From positions 1,083-65,082 of the IMG/VR virus record IMGVR_UViG_3300047157_000138: a DNA stretch of 64,000 bases; one strand, given 5' to 3'. The notes below the pieces were generated by a model. It did not search any database, was not told the DNA's origin, and saw only the letters and a program-made list of their open reading frames with translations. Numbering within the stretch: the stretch's first letter is position 1; each line of letters begins with the position of its first letter. This DNA comes from a virus (Duplodnaviria > Caudoviricetes). The translations under genes and the position numbers were made by a program. Positions 49,759 through 62,035 of the stretch are shown one piece after another.

Positions 49759-49890
49759 TATGAAAAATAAAAAAAATTGCGGTTGTCTTAGCAAATATAT
49801 GAAGCCTTCTATTAAAGGTGTAAAAGGCTCAAAAGGAAGAAAAGGCTGGGACGCAAAACCAGTATTTAGAATAACCAATCCCGGTAGAAG

Positions 49891-50013
49891 ATGAAAAACA
49901 AAACAAATAAAGACGCTTGTTATTACAAGATAAAGGGAAGCTATAAGGTATTTCCATCTGCGTACGCTAGCGGTGCAATTGCAAAGTGTCGTAAGAATAA
50001 AGGGAAAAAGTAA
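49891..50013 (+). CDS. Small basic 40-aa protein
   Basis: Manual translation MKNKTNKDACYYKIKGSYKVFPSAYASGAIAKCRKNKGKK. Confidence 0.55.
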   Translation: MKNKTNKDACYYKIKGSYKVFPSAYASGAIAKCRKNKGKK

Positions 50014-50270
50014 TGGCTGTTCGTAAAACAAAAAAAGGAGCGGCACTAAAAAGGTGGTTTAAAGAAAAGTGGACCGACGAAAAAGGTAATGTTTGTGGAT
50101 CTACAAAAAACAAAAAAACCAAAAAGTGCAGACCCTCTAAAAGGGTAAGTTCTAAAACCCCAAAGACCTGGAAAGAAATGTCTCCAGCTGAAAAGAAAAA
50201 AGCTGTAGCGGAAAAGAAAAGAACAGGTATGGGTAAAAGAACTTCCTCCCTAAAAAGAAAAAAGAAATGA
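50013..50270 (+). CDS. Small basic protein (LKRWFKEKW family)
   Basis: LKRWFKEKW.D, CRPSKRVSSKTPKT. Confidence 0.7.
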   Translation: MAVRKTKKGAALKRWFKEKWTDEKGNVCGSTKNKKTKKCRPSKRVSSKTPKTWKEMSPAEKKKAVAEKKRTGMGKRTSSLKRKKK

Positions 50271-50749
50271 GTGACAATCCTAATTTAAGAAAAAACGGTG
50301 GGGACGGAACGTTTGTGGGCAATGCTCTAAGAACTATAGCCGGCGTTACGCCAGATATACTTAACATAGTCGGTACTCTTACCGGGGCGGAAGGTTTTAA
50401 TAAACTAAGTGACGCAATAAGAGGTAGTTCAAGTATATCTCCAGAAGATAAAGATGTATTACTAAAAGAGCTGGAAAAAGACATTGTAGTAGAACAAGAA
50501 ATATCTAAACGTGAAGTTGAAATAAGTAAGCGCTGGGAGTATGATATGAAATATGGAAGTTGGCTAGCGAGAAATATAAGACCTTTAGTAGTTGCTAACT
50601 TTACATTCCTAATAGATATAGTAATTATAACTTCGCAATGGGGCAGACCTTTGGCTGAAGCATACTTACCTCTTTTAATGACAATGGGAGTTACCGTAAT
50701 AGGTGGTTACTTTACACTAAGAGAGTACGGAAAAACAAAACAAAAATAA
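50267..50749 (+). CDS. Holin-like membrane protein
   Basis: ISKRW..DM...SWLARNIRPL plus two C-terminal hydrophobic helices ending VIGGYF..R; near the M15 peptidase. Confidence 0.65.
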   Translation: MSDNPNLRKNGGDGTFVGNALRTIAGVTPDILNIVGTLTGAEGFNKLSDAIRGSSSISPEDKDVLLKELEKDIVVEQEISKREVEISKRWEYDMKYGSWLARNIRPLVVANFTFLIDIVIITSQWGRPLAEAYLPLLMTMGVTVIGGYFTLREYGKTKQK

Positions 50750-50908
50750 AATTATGCCTTACAAAAAAAAGCCTACAGCTAAAACAATAAAACAATCCCG
50801 AGCTAGAAGAAACCAGACCCTTGTCCCAAGCATGAGCAGAAGAGCTTACGACAAGCAGTTTTCTACTACAAAAGGGCATACTAATAATGCAAAAAAAAGA
50901 AAAAAATC

Positions 50909-51130
50909 ATGAACAAGTACGACAAAAAAATGATGCATGAAAGAGAACTAATCTACGATGCAAAAGGACAACTTCACCGAGCTGACAAAAAATATAAAGC
51001 TGGTGATAAAAAAGCAAAACAAACAATGATTCACGACCGTGAATTAATATACGATGCTAAAGGAGCTATTCACCGAACTGATATGGCTAAAAAGGGAGGA
51101 CACCCTATCCATAAGCACATGAGAAAATAA
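50909..51130 (+). CDS. Basic His-rich protein with tandem 18-aa repeat
   Basis: MHERELIYDAKGQLHRAD / IHDRELIYDAKGAIHRTD. Confidence 0.6.
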   Translation: MNKYDKKMMHERELIYDAKGQLHRADKKYKAGDKKAKQTMIHDRELIYDAKGAIHRTDMAKKGGHPIHKHMRK

Positions 51131-51192
51131 CAGATAGGACTGTACAAACCTAAATAAACATAAACATAACCATAAACAAAAACAAAAACAAA

Positions 51193-51576
51193 ATGGCAAA
51201 ATTCATTAAATTTAACGTAAAAAATTCAGCAGCTGTACAGCCACTAGGACCAACAGAAGGAATCTTAGTAAATGTTGAAGACATCACAAAAGTAACTGCA
51301 ACTGGAGCAACAGGAGCGAATGCTAAAACCTTAGTAATAGGTTTAACTGGAAGAAATTCTGAGGCTGGTTACAAAACTTTAACTTTAGCTGTATCTACTA
51401 GTATTTCTGCTGCAGTTAATCCAACATTAACATCAGGTAATGCTAACCCGTTAGTATCTGCGGTAAGATCCGCAATGACTGCTAACCCAGGAGGAGTAGT
51501 TGCTACGGTTAATGTAGGAGTTGACAATGCTGCTGCACCTAAGCAAATGTATTTTAGAACTGCAACATTTGCATAA
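51193..51576 (+). CDS. Putative abundant structural (decoration-like) protein
   Basis: Ala/Thr/Val-rich, A-rich leader, followed by a strong hairpin. Confidence 0.5.
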   Translation: MAKFIKFNVKNSAAVQPLGPTEGILVNVEDITKVTATGATGANAKTLVIGLTGRNSEAGYKTLTLAVSTSISAAVNPTLTSGNANPLVSAVRSAMTANPGGVVATVNVGVDNAAAPKQMYFRTATFA

Positions 51577-51586
51577 TAAATTAAAT

Positions 51587-51620
51587 ATAGTCTTGCGGGA
51601 TTAATATCTCGCGAGGCTAT
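51587..51620 (+). terminator. Strong hairpin (terminator or mRNA stabiliser)
   Basis: ATAGTCTTGCGGGA-TTAATA-TCTCGCGAGGCTAT, 14-bp stem with G-U pairs. Confidence 0.7.
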
Positions 51621-51670
51621 TATTAATAATATAAATATTGCTTATAAAATTAACAATTAAATCTAATCAA

Positions 51671-52012
51671 ATGAAAAATTTATTTATCACATTATTATTG
51701 CTGGCATCAAGTCAATTATTTGCGCAACAAGAATTAAGTGGGCTATGGGAATGCGAAGATTCTTCTTATTTAACTACAATAGTGGCTTCAGAATACGCAG
51801 TTTTGGATGTGTTTAATACAAGCTTTGAAGAGCACAGAGTAATACCAGAAAAAATAATAAATTATAAAAACAACAAATTAATAACTAACCTAAAAAATAC
51901 TCACAACGGATATTCGGTAAGTATTGAATACTCATTACAAAATGATGATACCATTTTATGTACTTACACTGGAGACCTTACGGGAGATTTTATATTAACT
52001 AGATTAAAATAA
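51671..52012 (+). CDS. Secreted beta-barrel/lipocalin-like protein
   Basis: Signal peptide MKNLFITLLLLASSQLFA-Q; LSGLW motif. Confidence 0.6.
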   Translation: MKNLFITLLLLASSQLFAQQELSGLWECEDSSYLTTIVASEYAVLDVFNTSFEEHRVIPEKIINYKNNKLITNLKNTHNGYSVSIEYSLQNDDTILCTYTGDLTGDFILTRLK

Positions 52013-52018
52013 AAAGCT

Positions 52019-52465
52019 ATGGCATATATGCAAAAACCCGGTAGAGCTCCGTTAGAAAACAAAAACTTTGAAGCTTTAACCAATGGTACATCTTTAAAAA
52101 ATGATAATGACAAGAAAGATCCAAAAACGGGTAAAAAGAAAACAGTAAAATCTTATAACGTAAAAACCGGTAAAGAATCTCTTAAAAAAGTTACAGCTAA
52201 GTCTGGAGACGCTGAATTATCTAAAGAACTAGGAGGCACTTTAACTTTTGAAAGTGCAGATCAAAGCAAAAAATCTTTAACAAAAAAGAAGTCGGACCCA
52301 AAAACAGGGGGAGGAGTAAATAAAAGTACTACAGCTACGAGGGCTACTTATGGCGCTCTTCCTAAAGGATTTAAAGGTAGAGCAAAAGATAAAAATAACA
52401 AAATAGTAGACTTCTCAACTAGTAATAACGATTCAAGAAGAAAAGAAAAGTTTAGATTATATTAA
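52019..52465 (+). CDS. Lys-rich hypothetical protein
   Basis: MAYMQKPGR start; low complexity. Confidence 0.55.
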   Translation: MAYMQKPGRAPLENKNFEALTNGTSLKNDNDKKDPKTGKKKTVKSYNVKTGKESLKKVTAKSGDAELSKELGGTLTFESADQSKKSLTKKKSDPKTGGGVNKSTTATRATYGALPKGFKGRAKDKNNKIVDFSTSNNDSRRKEKFRLY

Positions 52466-52493
52466 GAATTATTAACAATTAAATTAAATTAAA

Positions 52494-52763
52494 ATGAGTA
52501 AAGTAAAAGAAATGAAATCAGAAAATCTATCAATCAGTAAGGAACAACTAGAAAAAGTACAAGTGTTGCAAAGTGATTTGCAAAGGTATTGTGCTCATAT
52601 TGGAGGACTAGAGGTTGAAAAAGCAAAAGCAATTTATCAGATAAACATGCTTGAAAAAGACATGGAGGATTTTAAAAAATCCATAGAAGATGAATATGGT
52701 CCTATTAATATTAATTTAACTGATGGTACTTACGACAAAGTAGAGCCCACAGACAAAGAATAG
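52494..52763 (+). CDS. Coiled-coil hypothetical protein
   Basis: ends EYGPININLTDGTY. Confidence 0.65.
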   Translation: MSKVKEMKSENLSISKEQLEKVQVLQSDLQRYCAHIGGLEVEKAKAIYQINMLEKDMEDFKKSIEDEYGPININLTDGTYDKVEPTDKE

Positions 52764-52767
52764 GGTT

Positions 52768-52995
52768 ATGAGCAATATTATAAGAAAGATAAGCATAGGT
52801 GCCGACTACAAGAACGAAGCAATGCATTACTCTGTTAAGCAGACAGTTTACGGTGGGCATGAAATTTCTCATATAATATTTGAAGAGTCAGATAATTCTT
52901 ATAATATATTTATAAAAAAAGACAACGAGGTAATGCCATGGAAGAAGTTTAATTCTAACATGGCTATATCCGTTGAGTATGACTTAGAGTACTAA
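52768..52995 (+). CDS. Conserved phage hypothetical protein
   Basis: IRKISIG.DYK..AMHY; WKKFN.NMAISVEYD. Confidence 0.65.
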   Translation: MSNIIRKISIGADYKNEAMHYSVKQTVYGGHEISHIIFEESDNSYNIFIKKDNEVMPWKKFNSNMAISVEYDLEY

Positions 52996-53531
52996 TGAGA
53001 AGTATATACGATTTTATCATAAAGCCTGTAGGGCAAAGGTATGATAATCAGGTTAAGGTTGGAGGAGTGGACCTTATAACCAACACTTCTATAGAAAGTT
53101 TTAAACACGTTAATAATATAGCCGAGGTTGTAGAAACCCCCGCAGCATTTGCGACACCAATAAAAAAAGGTGATCTAATAGTCGTTCATCATAATGTGTT
53201 TAGAGTTTTTTATGATATGAAAGGGCTTAAAAAAAATAGTAGATCGTTTCTTAAGGACGGGCTTTTTATGTGTGCAATAGATCAAATATATTTGTACAAG
53301 AATAAAAAGAATTGGAAATCATTCGGCGATAGATGCTTTGTTGCTCCGGTCAAAAATAAAGACCCTTTTAGCAGCGATAAAACAGCTAGCCTTATTGGTA
53401 TATTAAAATACGGTAATAGTTCCTTAGAAGCTCTTAAAATCACTCCAGGAGATATAATTGGTTTTACACACCAGATGGTGAATGGGAATTTTTATAGACG
53501 GAGAGCGATTATATTGTATGAAATCAAATGA
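52995..53531 (+). CDS. Second, double-length GroES-like protein (3' end frameshifted)
   Basis: FIIKP...GG..LI...AEVVETP...IKKGDLIVVHHN; second CFVAP...GDIIGF unit. Confidence 0.55.
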   Translation: MRSIYDFIIKPVGQRYDNQVKVGGVDLITNTSIESFKHVNNIAEVVETPAAFATPIKKGDLIVVHHNVFRVFYDMKGLKKNSRSFLKDGLFMCAIDQIYLYKNKKNWKSFGDRCFVAPVKNKDPFSSDKTASLIGILKYGNSSLEALKITPGDIIGFTHQMVNGNFYRRRAIILYEIK

Positions 53532-53545
53532 TATTGTAATTAAGT

Positions 53546-53822
53546 ATGAGCAACAAGGAAACGAAATTGAGTATAATCCGAGCTGGGCGAAAAGCAGTTG
53601 AAGAATTAATAAAGGTAGCGCAAGAAAAGATTGTTGACTCAGGAGATGATATATCAGCTGACAGACTTAAAAACGCTGCCGCTACAAAAAAGTTAGCAAT
53701 ATTTGATGCTTTTGAAATTCTAACAAGAATACAAGAAGAAGAAGATATGTTAAACTGAATCAAGCCTAAAGAAAGCAAAAGAAAAAACTTTTAAAGGCTT
53801 TGCTGAAGGAAGATCTAAGTAA
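53546..53822 (+). CDS. terS: Probable terminase small subunit (frameshift near 3' end)
   Basis: Small helical ORF ADRLKNAAATKKLAIFDAFEIL directly upstream of terL. Confidence 0.6.
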
Positions 53823-56038
53823 TGTATCAGCAAACTTTATATAAAATACTAGATAACTATATAAACCTAAGCTGTTTTAAAAAGAACTAATAGGTATGCT
53901 AAGTGGGAGTATGGTTACAATGAAGAACATGACGTAGTTATAATAAGTAAAACAGGTAAGATCGGTGAAATATACGAGATACAAGGTTTGAAAATAGCTT
54001 TACCAAAAGAAGAAAAACCTCATGTTTTTGACGGTAATACCTGGAAATACTCAGAATATCCTAAAGAGTTAAGCAAAATAAAATCTGTATTTGACTGGGA
54101 AGAATATCCCTAGTTTTAAAGAAAAATGGTACGGTTATATAGATGATGAATTTAAAAGACGCGAAGAAGGCTTTTGGTTTATTAACAAAGGTAAGCCTAC
54201 TTACATTACTGGTACTCACTATATGTACTTGCAGTGGAGTAAAATTGACGTTGGCCACCGGACTTTCGAGAATCGAACAGATTATTCTACATATTCTGGG
54301 AAGCTTGTAAAGCCGATAGAAGAAGCTATGGTATGTGCTACCTTAAAAATAGACGGAGTGGATTCTCATTTATGTCGTCAGGTGAAACAGTCAACGCTGC
54401 TACAATATCGACAGACTCTAGATTTGGTATATTATCTAAATCAGGTGCAGATGCCAAAAAATGTTCACTGATAAAGTTGTACCAATATCAGTTAACTACC
54501 CGTTCTTTTTTAAACCAATACAAGATGGTATGGACCGGCCAAAAACGGAACTGGCTTATAGAGTACCAGCTTCTAAATTTACAAGAAAAAAGCTGGAAAT
54601 AACGAAAAGCTTAAAGAAATGATCCGGACTTGATACAACTATTGACTGGAAAAACACAGGTGATAACTCTTATGATGGTGAAAAGCTAAAGCTACTTGTT
54701 CACGATGAATCAGGTAAATGGGAAAAGCCTACTAACATACTTAACAACTGGAGAGTAACAAAAACATGTTTACGATTAGGTAGTAGGATAATAGGAAAGT
54801 GTATGATGGGTTCAACATCAAACTCTTTAGACAAAGGAGGTGAAAACTTTAAAAAACTATACTACGGCTCAGATGTAGCAAAAAGAAACGCTAATGGTCA
54901 AACAAGCTCAGGCTTGTATTCTTTGTTTATACCTATGGAATGGAACTATGAAGGTTTTATTGATAAATGGTCTATCCTGTATTTGACACTCCAACGAAAG
55001 AAACATTAGATCCTCATTTGGTAATATTAACATCAAGGTGTTATAGAACACTGGGAAAATGAAGTAGAAGGTTTAAAAGCAAGATCAAGACGGGCTTTAA
55101 ACGAATATTATAGGCAGTTTCCAAGAACAGAGGAACACGCTTTTAGAGATGAAGCTAAAGAATCTTTATTTAATCTAACTAAAATATATCAGCAAATAGA
55201 TTACAATGAAGACTTAAACAACAAGTCTGCTATGTAACAAGGGAAGCTTTCAGTGGGAAAACGGAGTTAAAGATACTAGAGTAATGTTTTATCCTAATAA
55301 AGATGGTAGGTTTTTTATATACTTGGGTTCCTGCCTGTAGAACAACAAAATAAGTAATAATAAAAAATGGTATTAAATATCCTGGTAATGAACACATGGG
55401 AGCTTTTGGTTGTGACAGCTATGATATATCAGCGAACTGTTGGTGGTAGCGGATCTAACGGAGCGCTTCATGGATTAACAAAGTTTTCAATGGAAGATGC
55501 ACCGCCTAATCATTTTTTTTAGAATATATAGCTAGACCACAAACAGCAGAAATATTTTTTGAAGACGTGCTAATGGCTTGTGTTTTTTATGGTATGCCTA
55601 TATTAGCAGAAAATAACAAACCAAGATTTTATATTATTTTAAAAGCGAAGAGGTTACAGAGGTTACTCAATGAACAGACCAGATAAACATATGGAATAAA
55701 TTATCTATACTGAAAGAGAAATAGGTGGAATACCTAATTCAAGCGAAGATATAAAACAAGCACACGCAGCTGCTATAGAAACATATATAAAGAACATGTT
55801 GGTATAGGAGAAAAGAAAGATGGATATGGAGATATGTATTTTCAAAGAACCTTAAATGATTGGGCTAAGTTTAATATTAATAATAGAACAAAGCATGATG
55901 CATCTATAAGTTCTGGGTTAGCATTAATGGCTTGTAATAAAAATAGATATAATCCTAAAGGTATAAAAAAATTAAAGTCTTATAGATTTAGGTTTTAAAA
56001 AATATAATAACGAGGGAACTATTTCAAAAATAATATAA
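53822..56038 (+). CDS. terL: Terminase large subunit, many apparent sequencing frameshifts
   Basis: YITGTHYMYLQW, YLKNRRSGFS (Walker A-like), LLVHDESGKW (Walker B), GAFGCDSYD (nuclease), FFLEY.ARP, ENNKP. Confidence 0.85.
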
Positions 56039-56041
56039 TAA

Positions 56042-58452
56042 ATGAATATAAGTACTAATACTAATAGCTCTTTTCCTAGATCAGGTTGTAAGTGATGCAG
56101 AAAAAGCAACGTGGGAATATGGGCTTCAAGTTAGGTAGAGCTATTGAGAAGGAATGGTTCAATTAAGGTGGAAGGGTTCAAAGATACGCTACAAGCTTGG
56201 AATAATTTTCATAATTTAAGATTATATGCAAGAGGAGAACAATCGTACAAAAGTATAAAGATGAGTTAGTCTATTAATGGCGATTTGTCTTATTTAAACT
56301 TAGACTGGAAACCAGTTCCTATATTTCTAAATTTGTAGATATAGTAGTAAATGGTATGTCACAAAAGCAGTATGACTTAACTTCTTATGCACAAGATCCA
56401 GAATCTTTAAAGAAAAAAGAACTGATTTCGCAGAAGCTTTGTTGTTTGATATGCTTCAAAAAATTAACAAGCTGAAGCTTCTCAACTAGGTATAGATTTA
56501 AGTAACACTACAATATCCACCAGACAATTTACCAGAGTCTAAAGAAGAATTAGATCTTCACATGCAAATGAACTTTACAAACAAGCTATTGAAATTGCAG
56601 AAGAAGAAGCTATTAATAATGTTTTAGCAAAAAACAAATTTGATTTAAACGAAATCAAGCGTAAATAAGATTTAACAGTATTAGGAATAGGAGCTTGTAA
56701 AACAATTTTAATAAAGCTGAAGGAATAACAGTAGATTATGTTGATCCTGCTTATATGGTTTATTCTTATACTGAAGATCCTAATTTTGAAGACATATATT
56801 ACGTAGGCGAAGTAAAATCTATAACTATACCTGAGCTTAAAAAAACAATTTCCTAATATATCAGAAGAAGAATTAGAAAGAATACAAAAAATGCCTGGTA
56901 ATCCAATATATAACAGGTTTGTAATTATGATTAAAATACTGTTCAAGTATTGTATTTTGAATACAAAACATATCATAATCAAGTTTTTAAAATAAAGAAA
57001 ACAGATCAAGGTCTTAGAAAAAGCAATTGAAAAAGCCTGACAGTTTAATCCGCCACCTAATGATAACTTTGAAAGAGTTGTCAAGATCTATTGAAGTATT
57101 ATACACTGGAGCTAAATAATTAGGTAATAATACATGTTAGAATGGAAATGTCAGAAAATATGACTAGGCCTTATGCTGATACTACTAAAGTTAAAATGAG
57201 TTATTGTATATGTGCACCTAGAATGTATAAAGGTCGCATTGAATCATTAGTAAGTAAATAACTGGATTTGCTGATATGATACAGCTAACTCATTTAAAGC
57301 TACAACAAGTATTATCTAGAATGGTTCCTGATGGTGTTTTCTTAGATATGGATGGTTTAGCTGAAGTTGATTTAGGTAATGGAACAAACTACAATCCAGC
57401 TGAAGCTTTAAACATGTATTTCCAAACAGGTTCTATAGTTGGTAGATCCCTTACTCAAGAAGGTGGTATGAATAGAGGTAAAGTTCCTATTCAGAATTAA
57501 CTTCTTCATGGTCAAGCTAAAATTCAAATCTCTTAATAGGAACGTATCAATATTATTTACAAATGATACGCGACGTTACTGGATTAAACGAAGCTAGAGA
57601 CGGTAGTATGCCAAATAAAGATTCATTAGTTGGTTTGCAAAAAATGGCAGCTAATGCTTCTAATGTTGCCACTAAGCACTATAATAGATTCAGTTGTTGT
57701 ATATAGGTTTAAGAACTTGTGAAAATATAAGTTTAAAAACTAGCTGATATTATTAAATTTTCCTCTTAAATAGAAACGCTTTAATGAATAGTATATCTAC
57801 TTTCAACGTAGAAACTTTAAAGGAAATAGAAAATTTAAATCTTCATGACTTTGGAATATATTTAGAAATGGAACCAGATGACGAAGAAAAAGCTGAATTA
57901 GCGGCTAATATAAATGCTTCATTGCAACAAGGCAGTATTGATATAGAAGATGCTATTGATATACGTGAAATTAAAAACCTTAAGCTGGCTAATCAAATGT
58001 TAAAGCTTAAGCGTAAGAAAAAGTTAGAAAGAGAACAAGCCGTAACTCAACAAAATATACAAGCCCAAGCGGCAGCGAACGCTGAAGCTTCTGAAAAAGC
58101 CGCAATGGCGGAAGTACAAAAACAACAAGCTCTTACATCTGAAAAAGTTGCTATTGAACAAGCTAAATCGCAATTTGAAATACAAAGAATGGAAAGAGAA
58201 GCTCAAATTAAAAAGCAGTTAATGGCAACTGAATTTGAGTATAATATGCAATTAGCTCAAGCTCAAATAGGAGCCACTAAACAAAAAGAAGCGGAAATAG
58301 AAGATCGTAAAGATAAACGAGTAAAAATACAAGGCACTCAGCAAAGCGAACTTATACAACAAAGACAAACAGAAGGTATGCCTAAAAACTTTGAATCACA
58401 AGGCAATGATGTGATGGGGGGATTTGATTTATCTTCGTTTGACCCTTCTTAA
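56042..58452 (+). CDS. Portal protein, frameshifted
   Basis: Follows terL; LRLYARGEQ, DLSYLNLDWKPVP, IRDVTGLNEARDG, C-terminal Gln-rich coiled coil. Confidence 0.8.
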
Positions 58453-58484
58453 ATAAGTATTTAATAATTATATAATATTATATC

Positions 58485-59631
58485 ATGAATGAACAAGTAA
58501 AAACGGAAGGATCTTTTAAGATTCAATCCAAGCCAAAGCTAACCGATGAACAGATAGCGGCTAAAAACAGGGAACCTTTAATAGATGTTCCCAGTAATGT
58601 AACCCGAGTAGTAATTCCTAAAGAAGAAAAAGATGCCGTTCAAGAGCCAAGCTCAGATGGTGTGGATGAGAATAAACAAGCCGAAGATGTACAAGAAGTG
58701 GAGGAAGGAACATCCGAACCAGTCATTAAAGAAATTACCGAAGAAGAAGAAGAACAAGAAATAAAAGCTGAAGAAACAGCTATAGAGCCAGTTCCTGTTC
58801 AAAATGATTTACCAGAAAATATAAATAAACTGGTAGATTTTATGAGAGAGACAGGAGGCACTATGCAGGACTACATAAGACTAAGTACTAATTATGAGGA
58901 TGTTGATAGAGATGTTCTTGTAAAAGAATATTATAAAAGCACTAAACCTCATTTGTCACAAGAAGAAATCGATTTTATGATCGAAGATACTTTTGCATTT
59001 GATGAAGATATTGATGAAGAGCGAGACATCAAAAGAAAAAAACTCGCATATAAAGAAGAGGTTTCAAAAGCACGTAAGTTTTTAGAAGATACTAAGGAAA
59101 AATATTATGACGACATCAAGTTGAAGTCGCCTAGTCTTTCGGAGGATCAACAAAAAGCGTCGGACTTTTTTAATCGATATAAGGAGGATCAGGAAAGAAA
59201 CTCCCAGAATCATGAGAAGTTTAAAGCTCAAACTGAACAATTATTCAATAAAGATTTCGAAGGTTTCGATTTTAGTTTAGGAGAAAAAAAGTTTAGGTAT
59301 GGAGTACAAAATGCATCTCAGGTGGGAGAAAAACAATCGGACATCGGCAATTTCGTAGGGAAGTTCCTTGGGGAAGATGGTACGGTTAAAGATACTAAAG
59401 GGTATCACAAGGCTTTATACGCAGGAATGAATGCTGATAAAATAGCAAATCACTTCTACGAACAAGGCAAAGCAGATGCTATTAGAGATGTTGTAAACAA
59501 ATCTAATAATACATCTACTGAAGCTAGAAAAGCGGGCACCAGTTGAAAGTGCTCGTTTTGGTGCGTATAAAGTCAAATCAGTTTCTGGAGCGGACTCCGC
59601 AAAATTGAAAATTAAAAAGTTTAAAAACTAA
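58485..59631 (+). CDS. Putative scaffolding / head assembly protein
   Basis: Acidic N-terminus, helical, lies between portal and capsid; frameshift near 59535. Confidence 0.55.
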
Positions 59632-59636
59632 TAACA

Positions 59637-61126
59637 ATGAGTTTATTACCACAATTTGGGAGTATAGTCCCATCACAAACACAGCAATTACTTGCTACAA
59701 ACTATTTACAATGGAATAACAACGGCGGAGGCGGTGGAGTTCCTACTAACTTTGCTGATTTTGCTCAGCAGTATTTACCAGAAATTTACGAACAAGAAGT
59801 AGAGCGTTATGGAAACAGAACGTTATCTGGATTTTTAAGAATGGTTGGTGCTGAAATGCCAATGACATCTGATCAAGTTATTTGGTCTGAACAAAACAGA
59901 TTACACATTCTTATGATGGATGTAGTGCATCTCAAGCTGGAGCTGGTAGCTAATCGTTAATTACTCTTAACCCTGGCGCTGTTGCTGGAGTTAGAAAATG
60001 TTATTTCAGTAAATGATACTGTTGTTGTTTTAGATCCAGCTACTGGAGCTAGAAGCTAAAGGTATTGTAGTGCATCTGTACTCCAGGTGCTGCTGGAACT
60101 ATTACTATTAACCTTTTACTGGAACAACATTTAACTGCTCAAGGATTTACAGGCTGGTTGCTGCTGGTCAGAAGTTAAAGTATTTGTTTACGGATCTGAT
60201 TATTCTAAAGGAACTACATTATCTGCTAATGGTGCTGGAAATTCAGCCGCTAGAGTTTCAGTGTAGAGCCTGTATTTACACAGTTTTCTAACTCACCAAT
60301 CATTATTAGAGATCAGTACGTTGTATCTGGATCTGATATGGCACAAATCGGATGGGTTGAAGTTGCTACTGAAGACGGAACATCTGGATACTTATGGTAT
60401 TTAAAAGCTGAATCTGAAACTCGTTTACGTTTTGAAGATTACTTAGAAATGGCAATGGTAGAAGGTGAATTAAATGCATGCTGGACTCTTAAGCAATTAA
60501 CTCAGCCAGGAACACAAGGTTTATTTGCTGCTATTCAAGATAGAGGTAATGTAGAAACTGGATTTACTGCTGCTGCTGGATTAGATGAATTTGATGCTAT
60601 CCTTAAAAACCTTAGATACTCAAGGAGCTATTGAAGAAAACATGTTATTCTTAAAAGACAAACAGCTTTAGATTTTGATGATATGTTAGCTGCTATTTCT
60701 GGTGGAGCTGCTGGAGGTACTGCTTTTGGATTATTTGAAAATTCAGAAGAAATGGCACTTAAACTTAGGATTTAGCGGATTCCGTAGAGGATCTTACGAC
60801 TTTCTACAAAACTGATTGGAAATACTTAAATGATGCTTCTACACGTGGAGCAATTGTAGGAGTTAATTCAATTGAAGGTGTATTAGTACCTGCTGGAACT
60901 TCAACTGTTTATGATCAAATCTTAGGAACTAACATTCGTCGACCTTTCTTACACGTACGATACAGAGCTTCTCAAGCTGATGATCAGAAGAATGAAGTCT
61001 TGGTTAACTGGTTCTGCTGGTGGTGCATTTACATTCAACTCTTGATGCAATGGAAGTAAACTTCCTATCTGAAAGATGTTTAGTAACTCAAGCTGCTAAC
61101 AACTTTGTATTATTCAAAGGATCTAA
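59637..61126 (+). CDS. Major capsid protein, frameshifted
   Basis: FAQQYLPEIYEQEVERYGNRT, WSEQNRLH, GYLWYLKAE, GFRRGSYDF; followed by a terminator. Confidence 0.8.
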
Positions 61127-61144
61127 TAATTAACATTCAAATTA

Positions 61145-61182
61145 ATTATTACCCTCGTTGAACGGGGGTAATTATTACTTTT
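61145..61182 (+). terminator. Hairpin terminator after the capsid gene
   Basis: TTACCCTCG-TTGAA-CGGGGGTAA followed by a T-rich tract. Confidence 0.7.
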
Positions 61183-61207
61183 ATTAACTATTTAATTATA
61201 TTATATT

Positions 61208-62035
61208 ATGGCTAAAAAAGCTAAAAAAGCAGAAGAAACTATTGAGGTTGCACCTCAAAAGAAGCAGTTAAAGAAACAATTAAAAAAAGAAGTAAAACCA
61301 CTAAACCAAGTGGGAAATTAAAGATAGAGTTTATTATTTAACAGGAATAAAAATCTCCTTTAACATTAACAATACCTAGGTAAACATACTAGAAAACATC
61401 GCTTACTATATTTTGATGAAAAAACAGGTAAACAAAAAGAAATAAGATATGCTACTAATCAAGATTCACCATTTGTAGATGAACAAAAAGGTGAAGCAAC
61501 ATTAGGGTCATATTATGTTTAAAGACGGGATTTAAAAGTTCCAAAAGAAAAACAAAATTTACAAAAACTACTTTCATTATATCACCCTTTAAAAGGTAAA
61601 TATATGAAGAATTTATGCAGTAGAAGAAGCTAAAGATGAATTAGATGATTTAGATCTTGCAAATAGATGCATTAAACTTGCTGCTAGAGAATATGGATAT
61701 AGATCATGCAGAAGCTATATTAAGAGTTGAAATAGGTTCTAAAGTAATCACAATGAGTTCTAAAGAACTTAGAAGAGATTTATTATTGTTTGCTAAAAAA
61801 AACCCAGCTTTATTTATAGAATTTAGCTAATGATGAAAATGTTCAGCTTAGAAATGTTGCTATTAAAGCACAGAGGCTGGTATAATTAAATTATCTCAGA
61901 TCAAAGAACATTTACTTGGGCATCAAATGATAGAAAATTAATGAACTGTTCCTTTTGATGAAAACCCTTACTCAGCATTTGGCTGCTTTTTTAAAAACAG
62001 ATGAAGGTGTTGAAATTTATAAATCTATAGAAGAG
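61208..62035 (+). CDS. Conserved phage protein downstream of capsid, frameshifted
   Basis: WEIKDRVY, EIRYATNQ.SPFVDEQ, LLSLYHP, SSKELRRDLLLFA, VPFDENPYSA. Confidence 0.6.

Noticed and set aside
53515-53545. Fifth late promoter (TGTATGAAA-N11-TGTAATTAA) upstream of terS
   Set aside because: The spacing fits, but the upstream box is poor and it overlaps coding sequence, so it was not called.
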